Of a DNA stretch of 64,000 nucleotides, positions 23,800 through 38,025 are shown in pieces. The notes under the pieces were generated by a model. That model saw only the letters and a program-made list of their open reading frames with translations, made no database searches and was not told the origin of the DNA. Position 1 is the first letter of the stretch; every line of letters starts with the position of its first letter. The DNA comes from Octopus sinensis (lineage: Eukaryota), in assembly GCF_006345805.1 (NCBI RefSeq), contig NC_043009.1, forward strand, positions 18,352,001-18,416,000, given 5' to 3'. The translations under genes and the position numbers were made by a program.

Positions 23800-25120
23800 A
23801 TGAAATTAGAGATAAAACCACTATTAGGCAAATCAAACAGTAAAAAACATAAACCAATACATAGAAATAAAATTAATTAATATAATATACAAAATATATA
23901 AAATATAAAATTTAAAATTTAAATTATTTATATTTAAAGTTAAAATTTAAAACATTATTTAATTATTAATTTATACTTATAAATTTATATATATATATAT
24001 ATAATTTTTATTTTTATTATTATTATTATTTTTAATTCTTTTTTTTTTAAATATAACTATCAAAAAGTATTAAAAAGTTTAATATAAGATAAAGAGTAAA
24101 ACCACTACGATCGTTTCATGCCTATAACCTAATTCAAGTAACAATAATTTAAATTCAATTAATAATTCAAACTAGAAACTTTAACGATTATGATTATGTC
24201 ATACAATCGATTATAATGTTAAATATTATTTTTTAAGGTAAGAAACCCACAAATAATCTAATCTCAGTTATAGTCAATATCTAATTACATAAATATTTTA
24301 CAAAAAAAAATGACTATTCATATTATTAACTATAATTTCAAGTCAAATAATTATATAATATTTGAATAATAACTAAATTATCGATGAAAATATATGAATG
24401 TATATAAATATAATAATTAAGATCTAAAATTATCTCTATATTAATAAATATATATGCACGTATAATAAAGACCTAATAAATTAATTCTTCATTATTACTT
24501 ATAAAAATATTAAAAGATTAAAGATGAAATAGCTAATTGTAGACAAACAAACAAACAATCTTAAAAGAACGCTATAACTAATTAACGATCCATATATCTC
24601 GTTGGTTAACTAATAACTTTCAAAAATCGTATAGTTAAGAAACTAAAATGAAATAATAAAATACTTAATGAAATAATCAATCCGTAGTTATATAGTATCA
24701 AATAAATACTACGAATATATTTATCAATGGAAAAAATATTACTACCAATTATCAATTTAAAAAAAAACAATATATAAGTTATAAAAACAATTATAAAAAA
24801 TTTTAAATAACTATCAACAAATATAGTTATTTAAGACTAAAATTTATGCTATCAATACACGTATATACATGAAACCTAACTTTAAAAAAACTTGTATAAC
24901 TGTTAACGATCTATATATCTCTTTGGCTAAGTAAAGTCTTACGACTCGCAAAGCTAAGTATATTTTTATTAAATTTTAAAATTTAAATATTTTAATAAGT
25001 CTTATTGTATAGTATTGTATTTTATATGAATACTGATGGTTATGTAATGATCTAGTTATCGTAGTTTTTTCTATATAATTATTAGATTTTAACTTTACAT
25101 TTATTCGTAAGACTTTCCTT
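23800..25120. mobile_element. Extremely AT-rich decayed Penelope-like remnant(s)
   Basis: Minus-strand HHR 3' half GAAACGATCGTAGTGG at 24102-24116. Plus strand FINGKNITT...KQYIS...NNYQQI resembles GIY-YIG KQYIG...NNHRQQI. Direct repeats at 24567-24616 and 24888-24935. The 23805-23880 segment resembles 56860-56940. Confidence 0.5.
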
Positions 25121-25801
25121 GATGATGTATGGATGCTTATAACAAAAATATGCTAAAATCGTTGTCAGTAACGGAGATACAGTTTCTCGCCCCCATTTCT
25201 CTATCTTGCTTTCAATCTCTATCCCCCTCTTTCCTATAAGTAAAAGGATTTGAAACAGTTACACGGATTTTGAACGTTTTCCTCAGGTTGTACTGTATAT
25301 CGTAATGTTCCTAGATTTCTTTAGCATATTGTAATATTTCTACATTTGCAGCTTTTTTCTTTATGAAAGAAAAAACGCAACTAAAAGCAGCAAGAGAACC
25401 CTAGGGACTCTCAGTGGGGATGATAAATGCAAGAAGTTAGACTTAATGTTCATGTTAGGTAAACATGAACGTTTTTTCTTATCAATTTTGTAAGAGTTCC
25501 GATGTTTATGACCGTTCGAAATGCCTTAAATATATAAGGAGGAAAGTGTTGCAATGTGGATCGTCGTCTGTATCTGTATTTGTGAAGACGGTAATGGGGT
25601 ACAGAAAACGTTTCAAGTAAGCTTGTAGGGACAGCACATAGCGAGAGAAGTCTGTCAAATGCATCGCACAATAAGAGATGAATTGGTGGAATGCAAATGA
25701 GAACTAGCTTGGCTGAGATGCTCGCTGAATGAAAAATAGCTTTAATGTTTTTTCTGGATTCTAAGGCCAACGTCTAATATACGCGCGCGCATGCATGTAT
25801 G

Positions 25802-25842
<41 letters not shown>

Positions 25843-26048
25843 TGTGTGATCTCACCTCATTATTTGTAGTTTTAGCACTAAGGTGACTCCACCCGTATGC
25901 ATTCTCATAGCAATTAGACGTTGGAATAGCTTGGCAAAATAAATGGGACAACAAAGAGAGATTTTAAATAAAGATGAAAATGATGAGGATGATCAGGTTC
26001 ATAAAGAAGATAATATAAAATGATTTAATATGTAGTATTATATTTAAC

Positions 26049-26049
<1 letters not shown>

Positions 26050-26136
<87 letters not shown>

Positions 26137-26285
26137 TAATAATAATAATAATGGTTCCAAATTTTAGCACAAGGCCTGTAGTTTCGGGGAGGGGTAAATC
26201 GATTACATCGACCCCAGTGCTCAATTGGTATTATTTTATCGACTCCGAAACGATGAAAGACAAAGTCGATACTGTGCGTTGGATC
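26050..26285 (-). mobile_element. tRNA-derived SINE family B, 3' part with (TTA)n tail
   Basis: Matches the core CATCCTTTCGGGGTCGATAAA...GGGGTCGATGTAATCGA seen at 62983-63370. Confidence 0.8.
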
Positions 26286-26299
26286 CATCAAAGCTGTTC

Positions 26300-27480
26300 C
26301 TTCTCGACTCTCGTTACCGCTTGAACCATTACTGCAGAAGTTAGATGTTTCGAGGGGCATCCTGTGTGAACTAGGATGTGGGAGAGCTGTGTGAGCATAT
26401 ACAGACGATGTCACCATAATAGTATCGAACACCAAAGACAACGAGTGGATTGGTACTGCTCTGACTGAGTGCATTGCTCTGACCGAGGAGCAAAAATTAA
26501 ACAAGAAAAGTCGGTGGGCCTATAGCCCTCCGCTTGGAGAGGCAGACCCATGTCGTCTCACACGTCATGGGTCGCTGGACAGACCAACCAATCGATCAGA
26601 TTGCTTGGGTTCTAGTTTTGTGCAGACCTCCATGCGGATAAGAGCTGGGGTGAGCTAACGTGCAGGATGACCATCTCACCCAGAAATCAGCCGAAAAGCC
26701 ATCCCTGAAGGATGGAACGAAAGTGGAAACTTAAATTGCAACCGTTATCTAATACTACCTAATAGCCATGCTTTGCCCACCTTCATGGCTGACCAAACGG
26801 GGATGCTTGCTTTTTTACATTCTGTGGGGAAAGGAGCTTCATTGTTAAGACTGTCTATTTGATGTCAACATCCGCTGCGTGGCTAATGATGCACTGACAC
26901 GCAGAGATGCACAAACATGTACTGAGTCTACATCTCTAGCACACCTTGATGGCGTGTAGGTATGGTCACGGTTTGTATGACTCATTTTCCCACAGACCGT
27001 CTCTTTGACAAGCAGCAATTCTGGATGAAGGGTAGACCAAGGCAAGGAGCTTAGCACCTAAGAATATCGTCAGGTGTTCACAATCGAGCAATGCAGTCGG
27101 TGGTAGCTTCACCATTGCGTTCTTTAGAGGAATACGTGGTGGGTAAGAGCGACGACGCCCTTGGGGAGACTGAGCTTTCGACAAAAATCAACTGGCTGGT
27201 CTGTTCCGGGAGACTTTCGTTCCAGAGACTATGAATAATCACTGGAAATCTCTGACATGGAAGTGTTACAAAGATTGAGGGTTTATCGGTTTAGGATAAA
27301 CGGTCTAAGCATGATAGCGTCGTCAGTCGAGGCTGCCCAAGATGCGCAGAGAGTAAGTAAACTATCTTGCACGCATTCGTAAAGTGTCTGAACATCGCTG
27401 GTTTGTGGAGTTACTCGCGTGCGTAAGTCGGATCGAGCTATCGACCGATTCCAATTACAGATATGAAAATATTCCAAGGT
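26300..27480 (+). mobile_element. Tx1/L1-clade LINE RT fragment
   Basis: AYTDDVTIIVS (YADD-like motif) and GRWTDQP; downstream decayed sequence resembles the Tx1 copy at 12.6-13.5 kb. Confidence 0.7.
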
Positions 27481-28199
27481 GATTTTGTGGATATGTTTTT
27501 AAATTCTTTTGTAAAGCTTTTTAATTTACCAAAAATAAATGTGAGCACTTATAAAAGCATATATTTTGTGTAGTGACTCCGGAAATATAGTGTTATAAAG
27601 TCTCGTTGACAAACATATTTGTCTACCGTCTCTTTTGACTCCTTTCAACCTCGTCTTTGCAATCAGTCTACTCTCTCTCTCTGTAATAATTTCACTCATT
27701 AGTCAACAAATTAATCAAGAGTGTAACTTACGCTGTATAGTGACAATTAGTCTATGCAACCAAAGATTTACAAAGGCCAGAAGCTTGACTTCAATTGTAA
27801 CAGCTGCATGTGACAGGCAACTCGAAACTGCATTAGATATTGTACACTTCAGTCTCATGATGTGCAACAGAGAGAAAAGCCGATGCGTATTAAAATAAAT
27901 GGCTGTTTCCTGAAGCAAAATTCTGGTTTGAAGCAGTGGGCACGAACAAAGGAAGTTCACTGTTGCATTAAACTGACTTGTAAATGGAGCTGAATTAGAA
28001 ACAATGGTTATTTCTCTATATACACAATTGCATCACATTCATGACACAGTGTATCCCATCTTCAAGATTTCACCCCCTTCAACGACCGTCAGAACCCCTT
28101 CCGTAACTCCGGGTTTACGTTTTCACTTGTTTTCCTACACTATTTACACTGACATATTCAGTAATAGAAATGTTTCACTTGACTCTAAAAGCTAAGTTA

Positions 28200-28990
28200 C
28201 CTGTCTAAGGTTTCATCTACCTCTTATTTTTTAGGTGGGAGACCTTCTTTCAGATAATACCATCGCAGAAAATGATTGGCCTATTTGAGCCACACACTGA
28301 TAAATCTGAAGTTTCCCAAGATTTGATTATACTGCACACTCTTTTCCTCCGTACATTAGCGGCCTACGTACTATTGACTCAGACAACTCCACCTCTAAGC
28401 TCTTTATTTCTTTCTTTAATCTTCCACGTATATAATGTATACAGAAGGCTAACCGTCCACATGCATTATATATGTAGGAGGCGAAAGGCTAATCTTTCTC
28501 ACCAAGGCCAGAACTACCTTTAGCTCTCAGCATTTGCTGACCTTCTAGAAAGCTCTATTAAAAACAACAAAAGAATCGGACTAATTCCATAGACTCACTC
28601 GTTAATACAGAAATTAACCCACTGACACTATGGCTCCTCTCTCTGCAAAGACTATCAATATTTTAACAATCTTTTCGTCCGCTGTATTTGTCAGAAGTAT
28701 ACCATTTAGTCTCACAAAACACGCCTGATCCTCCTCTTCGCATCACTTCCTAATGTGTCTCTCCCTCTTCAAAAATTTCTTCAACTAGACCGTTTCCAGA
28801 ATATGAATCCTTAAGAAGTCCCAGAGCAGTCTCGCTGTTTTAGCAAACATTAACGGAGCATAATCCGCATTGACATCACCACACTTGGAGGGCCTCCGAA
28901 ACTTGTGGCCCCACATCGAACCACAAAATACCGGATAAGTCTGTAACCATTGATGCTTTTAGTATTATTAAATTTATGCGTACCAATAAT
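28200..28990 (-). mobile_element. Highly diverged Tx1-like LINE fragment
   Basis: Minus strand EEEDQACFVRL parallels REEQACFLSAV at 13.1 kb, and TDLSGILWFDVGPQV loosely parallels the post-RT region. Weak. Confidence 0.4.
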
Positions 28991-29214
28991 ATATGAAAGA
29001 AATTGTTGTATACAGTGCTCAGGTGCACTACAAAAAACAAAAAAAAAAAAAAGCCATCAGATGTACAGTTGCGGATTTCAGGAAACATGGAAGTTTTGAA
29101 GGATGTAATGTCTCGATGTGAATAGTTTATTCCATGCATCAGCAATTCTGAGCGTGAAAAAACTTTTCCGAAAGTCATGGGTGCTGTTTTTTTTTTATTT
29201 TGTGAGCATGTCCA

Positions 29215-29790
29215 CGAGTGTTTGATATATGGAATTCAAAAAAGTGCTTAACGTTGTTGTTGGAAAGATGGTGGATAGTTTTGTGGGTGTCTAACCAAAT
29301 CAGTTGCCAGACATCTAAGCTTCAATGTGTCCATTCCCAGGGAAACAAGACGTTCAGAGTATGGTAGATGCCTGACGGCAAGTATTCGTTTTGTTGCACG
29401 TTTCTGAACAGTTTCCAGGAGATTTATATGCTGAGCAAGATAGGGATTCCAGACTGGTGATGCAAATTCTAAGTGTGGACGTACGATTGTCAAAAGCAGT
29501 TTTAAATAGATAGATGGAGAGTGGCTGACAAAGAAGTCTTACTGAGTGATGTAAGGACACCCCCGGCCTCCTTGACAACTTTAGAGATGTGGTTTGTTCA
29601 ACGCAGATCGCTGTTTACAGTATTACCTAGATGACGTTCACTAGATTTATTGAGACTGGTGTTGCTGAGGGAGTATGTAAAGGCTGAGTTTATCCTCCCA
29701 GAGTGCATGGTGATACCCTTGACAACAGCTAGCTTGAGTTGCCAGTCAGAAATCCTTTGCTGCACTGTGTCCACGTCTGATTGCAGAAAA
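29215..29790 (-). mobile_element. CR1-clade LINE 3' fragment
   Basis: IVRPHLEFASPVWNPYLAQHINLLETVQKRATKRI...LPYSERLVSLGMDTLKLRCL and DVDTVQQRISDWQLKL are classic CR1 C-terminal motifs. Confidence 0.9.
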
Positions 29791-30004
29791 TATCTATAGC
29801 GCATAGGATCTGTGTTTTTTTTTATTTCGAGGTACAGCTTGTATGACCATGTGTAAAATGAGAGTGTATGTGTATTCATGTGTTTGCATGTGATCGTGTT
29901 TATAGATATATTTATAGCCTATTGGATGCTTAATTTCTGTTAAGAGTCAAGGATTTTCTTGACAATGACCAAAAGTCATTAAAGAATAAAGTTCGTTCAT
30001 CCGC

Positions 30005-30156
30005 TTAATCGTTATTAATGAACACAACATATGTCCCAGATTCTCTACATTTCCTGCTTCTCCTCTTCACACCATTAGAACCACCATCAACCTTAGCAGC
30101 AGGTTCTTCCTTTATTCTTCGGAGATTAGACAGAGAATTCTTTAACTTCTTCGTTT
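30005..30156 (-). CDS. Candidate terminal coding exon of an unidentified host gene
   Basis: Strong acceptor on the minus strand (TTTTTCTTTTTTCTCCCCGTCCCCCAACATCTCAG, AG at 30158-30157). Non-repetitive open frame TKKLKNSLSNLRRIKEEPAAKVDGGSNGVKRRSRKCRESGTYVVFINND*; the alternative frame gives NEEVKEFSV*. Confidence 0.4.
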
Positions 30157-30305
30157 CTGAGATGTTGGGGGACGGGGAGAAAAAAGAAAAATTAATGACA
30201 GGAACGGGTTGGGGAGAATCAGGGTCGTTTGGTGTAGGTTTGAGATAAAAAGAACGATTGAACGATTGCGTGTATGCACTTAAGTATACGTATATTAATA
30301 TATGT

Positions 30306-30340
<35 letters not shown>

Positions 30341-30739
30341 AGAGAGTTGTGAAAATTTAGAATCTATGCTAGAGATAAAGGTGTGTCGTACATAAAGAAT
30401 GAATGCGCGCGCGTGTGTGTGATTGCGGAGATAAGTAACTGAAGTGAAATCATTAAACAAAATAAGAATACATCCTATGAACGCCAGGAAGCCTTCCGTG
30501 TATATTGGTTTTCAGTCGTTTGGCTTTGTGCCAGTTCAGCACTGCTCAGTTTCTCACATCTTTGATTTATTTCCATAAAGTTTTGTTATATTTCCATATA
30601 TTCAGGCCTGTATGTCATATTTCTAATTTAGGGACCTCTTAGAGGACTCTCGCCATCCCAATATACAAAAATAATGTTTTCACGTTTGGAGTTCGAACTT
30701 TTTTTATTTTGCACAAAATATAGAATAGAGGATTCGCAG

Positions 30740-30990
30740 GGAGTGTTGTTTTTTTGCATTGAGAGGTCACAGCTTCGGTATTACGGACATGAGATTAGAA
30801 TATCGCAAGAAAGAATCGCAGGAGACTTTGGAGTGAATCAAGAACCAGGTTGGTTAATATCCGAAGTCTTAGTTGAGAACCCAGCCGGAAAGTGTAATGA
30901 TAGTTGCTTCTGAAGGACCCTATGAAGGAGGTGTCTGAGGACTCTACCCCAGTGACCCACCCAGGAATAGTGGGTGGAGATGGATGGAAA
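30740..30990 (+). mobile_element. RTE-clade LINE 3' fragment
   Basis: FCIERSQLRYYGHEIRISQERIA matches the RTE IERSQLRW-x-GHV-x-RM-x-QER motif. Confidence 0.7.
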
Positions 30991-32034
30991 TGTAAAAAAA
31001 AATTGCATTTTAACTATTTTAACTGCTAACTCTGAGTTTCGACTTTGACATTAATTTTGTTTTCTTCTCAGTCCTACTTCTTTCGCATCAGTTATTTCGC
31101 CTACGAGAGTATACTTACGTTAGTGAAATGATTTTAACTAATTAAGGCGGTGGAATGCAAATAGAGTAGAGGGCTGTATAAAAACCTTTCCAGTCCATTA
31201 TATTTTCTTTTCAACAGAGATCAACTTAATTTCTTGTCATACGTCATAAGTGGGGAGCAGAAAGATTTGATTATAAAAGGTTTCAATCCATCCCTCAATT
31301 TTGTGTCCTTGATGCAAAAATTAGAATATAAAAAATCATTTCTTCCGCAAGCAGTCACAACGGAGATGCAATTTAGATACTGTGCTAGGAATCTTTCTGA
31401 ATGGTCATCAGATATGGTTTGCTGTCCAGCACGATAGCTGTGAACAATAAAGCCTACACTCGTTAATCAACAATGGTAAAGAGATTAATGGAATGTCTTC
31501 CTAAAATGTCCTGTTTAGTCTTGTGTTCACGCTACGAGATGTTTTGAGACCCATAAGAAGCCTGGTGTATCTAAGATCAATGCAATCTTCAAGTTCCTTC
31601 TTTATAGTCCACAGAGAAGATTATGTTCTGCATACGCTCTTCTTGACTATGAAATATCTGGTTGCCAGATTTTGTGAAGCCTGTTTCACCATTTAACTTT
31701 TTAAATTACTATTTACTGATCCTATGGAAATTATTTCCATTGCTTGTACTTTGAGATTTTAAATACAATTTTTGTTCGATAAATGTTTGGATAATTAATC
31801 ATGCCAAGTTTTTTTTCTTTTCAAACACACAACATTACAATTATGATAAACCACAGTATTTCTATTTAGTGTTGCACAATGCTACCTTGATCTATTTCCC
31901 CTTGGCCCTATTGGGTAACACCTTTAACGAGCGTCATCACATTCCGTCTGTTTTCTATAAATTGATCACTTCTAAATTTTGAGAACCGAGCAGAGTATAC
32001 TTCATAATAACACCGAACCACGTTCGTTGCTTTC

Positions 32035-32285
32035 AGCAGTTTTTCATCTTTTCGGGATCGATAAAATAAATACCATTTGAGTACTGCGGTCGAAGTAATC
32101 GACTCACCCCTCCCCCGAAATTGCTGGAATTGTGCCAAAGTTTGAAATCATTATTATTAGAATTGACTTGCTTTCATCCTTTCGGGATCGGTAAAATAAG
32201 TTCCAGTGAAACACTGGGGTCGATGTAAACGACTTATCCCCTTCACCTAAAATCGCTGGCCTAGTGGCAAAATTTGAAACCATTA

Positions 32286-32343
<58 letters not shown>

Positions 32344-32710
32344 CAGGATGATGGTTTAGTGACATATTAAATCGTCGATGAAAGAAAGTCTAGCAGCTTT
32401 TGTGTCGGCCCGTTTAGTTTGTAGGTAAAACGTTGCAGCGGTCAATTTCTTTAGCTAAGAAATGTCAGTTTAACTGGCCCTACCCCTCCCTTCTATTTCT
32501 GGCTCTGTTGTTGAATAGGAAATTAAGAGGGCCGTGTATTGACAGAATGGGTTGAGCTTCAGAGAAAATGCTTTCCAGATATTTATGTTTCTGAGTTCAA
32601 ACCCCTCTGAAGTCAACTACGCATTTACCATCTGAGGTCGATAAAATAAGTACCAGTTGAGAACTGGGATTACTTTAGTCGACAAGCCCATCCCGCTCAA
32701 AAGATCCCTG
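32035..32710 (+). mobile_element. Cluster of three SINE family B fragments with (ATT)n/(AAT)n tails
   Basis: TTTCATC(C/T)TTTCGGGATCG(A/G)TAAAATAA at about 32042 and 32171, and GAGGTCGATAAAATAAGTACCAG at about 32635. Confidence 0.8.
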
Positions 32711-32772
32711 GATAATAATGATGATGATGATAATAATAATAATAATAATAATAACGATAATAATAATGATAA

Positions 32773-32836
<64 letters not shown>

Positions 32837-33306
32837 TCATTTACATTGTTTGCGTCTTGGTATAAAAGATGGGCTACAGCAAATATTCTGCTCAATACCA
32901 CAGATTTGCTTGTCAGTTGTTTGACCTTAACCAGTTGACCATGTCCCTTAGTGGCTCACGATGTGTGCATCTCTGATCACGAGCAGAAGTGGTGGGGGAG
33001 CATCATAGTCATGTGTTGAGAGGGATTCTTTGGGGTTTGAATAACTCACCTCTGGAAACATTAGGTGTTTTGTTCAACATCCTTAAACAATCCTTATTCA
33101 GGGACCTTTTGAGCGGGATGGGTTACTCGACCAGAAGAAAATTCTAACTGGGCCCCCAACTGTAAGGTCATGCGCTGTTTATCTTGATATGAGATCACCA
33201 TGTTGTACACATATGGTTGTGATGCATGTGCCTGGTGTACCCTTATCAGACGCTTCGTATATTTTACCCCAGTATCACTTTGATGGCATGCACTACTTTC
33301 TCACTC

Positions 33307-33357
<51 letters not shown>

Positions 33358-33363
33358 CACCAC

Positions 33364-33412
<49 letters not shown>

Positions 33413-35284
33413 GTCATCATCACCATCATCATCATCATCATCATTATTATATTCGTATTGAGCATTAATTCAGTAAATTTATGGAGAATAGCAGTCTTTT
33501 TTTATACTTTATTTAATAATATATGGATGTTATAGTAACCCAGTTTAGAAAGGGCGGAAGGTGACATTAATAGTTGATCTATTTAGATAGTGCGTGAAAA
33601 CAGAATAGGACGATGATGAACGGGGGTGGCAATGAAGCTGTAAGAGGTAAAGGAGGAGGAGGAGGAAGAGGAGGAGAAGAAAAAAGGAAAATAGTGGTAG
33701 ATAATGATAGCCTAGATGGAAATGATGACGACGACGACGACGATGATGATGATGATGATGATGATGAGGATAGAAACAAAGATATGGGATAAAAGGGAAA
33801 AAGCGGGCACAAGAAAAATAAAACTTGTAGAGAAATAGTTTAGTACCCAGTGACCTAGTGTTCGTCCAAAATACACACACGCGCACGCACGCACACATAC
33901 ACACACACCCACATACACACACTCTTTCTCACACACAATTCTACTCTAATGGTGTCATTTTTTTTGTTCTGTTTCATGTAACTGTATATCATTTGTCACG
34001 TTATTCATGCACATATGTTATATACGCGTGTATACGACTGTGTGTATGTGTGAGTGTGTGCTCCATGCGAGTCTGACTGAATCAAAGTCTGCAGTCCGGA
34101 CTGTTGTGTTTGTGTGAGGACACCCACCGCACCCCAGGGCCTTATATAAAAAAAGAAAACAACAGAAAAACGAACACTTAAACTCACAGATTCTAAGCGG
34201 AGATACAGACGATGCTGACACTGAAGTAATGAAGTGCAGATCTCAGTACTTGACTGCCAACCACTTTACCAATCTCGGGAGTTTATTAGTAGAATTTAAG
34301 TCAGAATACTACACAGACGTGTTCTACACACACACACACACGTTATGCATATGTGTATGAATGTCTAATGCATGTGTATATGCATGCAAATATGCATGTA
34401 TGCGGCTATCATGTATGTATGTACGCACGTATGTACGTATGCACGAGTGCATGTATGATACATGTACAGCTTTCGTTTAGCTATACATAAAAAGAAAAAA
34501 CAGGATTTGTTGAAGTGTTATTTATTGGGTGTTAAAAATCTACAACGCGAGGGAGAGCGCGATAAAAGTCCTCATCTCCAGTTCGTCTCTTACGAATGCA
34601 CAGGCAATACCTTACACCTGCCAACAATGTATGCATGTAACTTTTATTGATTTCCGCCGCTGCACTCATTCGAAGGTTTAGGCGACTATAATGTTAATAC
34701 AGTAGAATGCTTATCAGACTGGAATAATTATTTCAGCCTATGTATTTTAGTATATTAATTTAATTTATCGAACCGCAACGATAGAAGAGGACGTTCACAT
34801 AAACAGTTTTCAGTTAGCACTTTTTACAAATTCAAATTTCACACATTACTCTTTCCTTGAAAAGTTGCTTCAATTAAATTATTTCGATAAAAAGTCAGTT
34901 TAGATAACAGTGGTTCAATAAAATTCTTTTGATTAAATGTACTGCAATGTGAAATCATGGTACAATATCTTTCTAAAATATGAATATATAATATATGGTA
35001 AAATATGTGTGTGTGTCACGCGCACTGAGACAACCTGGCCAAGCGTCTTCTACTATAGTATCGGACCGACCAAAGCCTTGTCAGTGGATTTGGTAGACGA
35101 AAATTGAAAGATGTCACTCATTTCAGTGAGTGGGGCCGGTGCGCAATGATACTGTGGAGAGGTACGCCTCGAAAAGGCGCGCATTCTATACTGAAGACCC
35201 TATAAACTCCGGTATGCGGAGCTTTGAACTGGTTGCACTTGCATCTGCAAGTTGTTTGCAATATACATACATACATATACATAC

Positions 35285-35318
<34 letters not shown>

Positions 35319-35319
35319 G

Positions 35320-35352
<33 letters not shown>

Positions 35353-35645
35353 ATATATATATATATATATAATATATATATTATATATAGCAATAAGAAA
35401 ATGGGAGGGGATCAAGAGTTGGTATTCATCAACTTATAGACATTATATTATGTCTATTTATTTTTTTTAAAAAAGACAATTCTAGCAACATAAATACATG
35501 TATAACATATTATGCTTTACATATATAATATATAAAATATAAAAATATCAGTAATTATTAAAATAAATAACGTAGAGCCTAGAAAATAGGATACAATCTT
35601 ACAGCTGTCTCAGCCAAGAAACCATAGTACTCCATTCTACTTTTA

Positions 35646-35699
<54 letters not shown>

Positions 35700-36005
35700 T
35701 ATTATTATTAGGTCTATTGTATTATACTATTCTTATTAGATAAAGTATAAACAGAGGAAGGAGAAAGTTATCAAAAGAGAAATAATAGTGCAATTTAAAA
35801 AAACCAATGTATGTTAATATTATTGTAGTTATGTAGGAATGAAAAGGTATATACATGAGGAATACATATATATGTATACACACACACACACATACACATA
35901 TAATTATATATTTTTACGTACAAACATACCCATAGGTACATACATAATACATATGTTGAGAAGGGAGTATTATTGCAGCAGTTCGTATTATTCTTTTTAT
36001 ATAAT

Positions 36006-36080
<75 letters not shown>

Positions 36081-36394
36081 TTTGAAAGAGTAAATATGAA
36101 TGAACTTATTTATTTGACTGGAGTATGATACTAAATTGACTGCTCTACGTATGTATTCTCCATTTTTCTTTGTTTAAACTTTTTCCCCCTATATCAAAAT
36201 GATGGAAATCTCCATAGCAACAACTGAAATTTTAGAGGTGTAAAGTTGTAATATTGAAGAGGAACGAATGATAAACACTAGTACATATACAGTTGAAAAG
36301 TTTCCAGTATTCTTGATCGATATCAGTGCAGAACTGGTGTATGCTTGCATAATATATCCCTAAGAAAGAACAACTTCTTTCTTTACAGACTTTA

Positions 36395-36475
<81 letters not shown>

Positions 36476-36649
36476 TATATATGTATATGATATATATATA
36501 TGTGAAATAGAAAGATGAAAATCTTGTAGTAGATAATCAAAAGTTTAACCGATACCTTAGTAGCAAAAAATCACAGCAGTGAACAGCACGGTTGGAGGTA
36601 CAACCATCTGGCGTTGCAACCGTGCGTTGGTGCGGATAATTGAAATTAA

Positions 36650-36738
36650 AACATTATTGCGGATTGAAGAAATGGAGCTGAACGCAGATTTCTGTTCAAT
36701 CTGCGTTCAGCCCATTTCTTCAATTCACCAATAATGTT
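36650..36738. repeat. Near-perfect hairpin (about 40-bp arms, 7-nt loop)
   Basis: AACATTATTGCGGATTGAAGAAATGGAGCTGAACGCAGATT-tctgttc-AATCTGCGTTCAGCCCATTTCTTCAATTCACCAATAATGTT. Confidence 0.9.
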
Positions 36739-36760
36739 ATATATATATATATGTATATGA

Positions 36761-36818
<58 letters not shown>

Positions 36819-36882
36819 GATATATATATAGATATATATATATATATATAGATAGGGAGATAGATATATATATGATATGATG

Positions 36883-36924
<42 letters not shown>

Positions 36925-37217
36925 TTGGTATATATGTATATATATATATATATATATATGTAATATATATAGATATATATATATATAATGTATATATATA
37001 TGTATATATATGTATAATATATGGATATATATATATATATATTATATATATGTATATAGTATGTATATATATATGATATATATAGATATTATATATATAT
37101 AGATCTGTATAGATATATATATAAGATATATATATAGATATATATATTATAGATAGATATATAGATATATAGTATATATATATATAGATACATAATGTAG
37201 TATGTAGATATATATGA

Positions 37218-37252
<35 letters not shown>

Positions 37253-37343
37253 GTATATATATGATATATATATATATAGATGTATATAGGGATATATATA
37301 TATAGCATATATATAATATATATATTATATATTATATATATAG

Positions 37344-37376
<33 letters not shown>

Positions 37377-37458
37377 TGATATATATATAGATATATATAT
37401 GTATATATATATATATATGATATATATGATATATATATATATATATATATATATAATG

Positions 37459-37535
<77 letters not shown>

Positions 37536-37555
37536 TATATATATATAATATATAT

Positions 37556-37588
<33 letters not shown>

Positions 37589-37616
37589 TATATATATATA
37601 ATGATATATGTGTATA

Positions 37617-37648
<32 letters not shown>

Positions 37649-37664
37649 CTATATATATAGAGAG

Positions 37665-37720
<56 letters not shown>

Positions 37721-37979
37721 TAGTAATATATATATATATATTATATGGATATATATATATATTATATGTATATATAGATATATATATATATATGTAGATA
37801 TATATATATATATATGTATATAATATAATATATCTATTATATGTATATATATTATATATATATACATATATGTTGTATATATATAATATATGATTATATA
37901 TGATATATATATATATATATGTATATATATGTATATATATGTATATATATATAATATAGATATCTATATATATTAATAT

Positions 37980-38025
<46 letters not shown>

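Noticed and set aside
23860-25100. Mitochondrial control-region NUMT
   Set aside because: No mitochondrial tRNA or protein motif is seen, while PLE-type HHR and GIY-YIG ghosts are present.
25550-25618. Plus-strand first exon MWIVVCICICEDGNGVQKTFQ with donor CAA/GTAAGC
   Set aside because: Short, with no downstream partner exon identified; compatible with chance.
31230-31700. Pogo/Tigger transposase remnant (KDLIIKGF)
   Set aside because: A single short motif with no DDE context or TIRs.
32850-33260. GC-balanced segment as a host exon
   Set aside because: No sustained ORF or splice sites. It shares a 28-bp inverted match with 32686-32714, suggesting an unclassified repeat.
34170-34230. Minus-strand micro-exon with GTGAGT donor, and a TATATAAA at 34143 on the plus strand
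   Set aside because: Splicing to the 30156 acceptor gives stops or a trivial peptide in the frames tried, and TATA-like words are uninformative in this AT-rich DNA.
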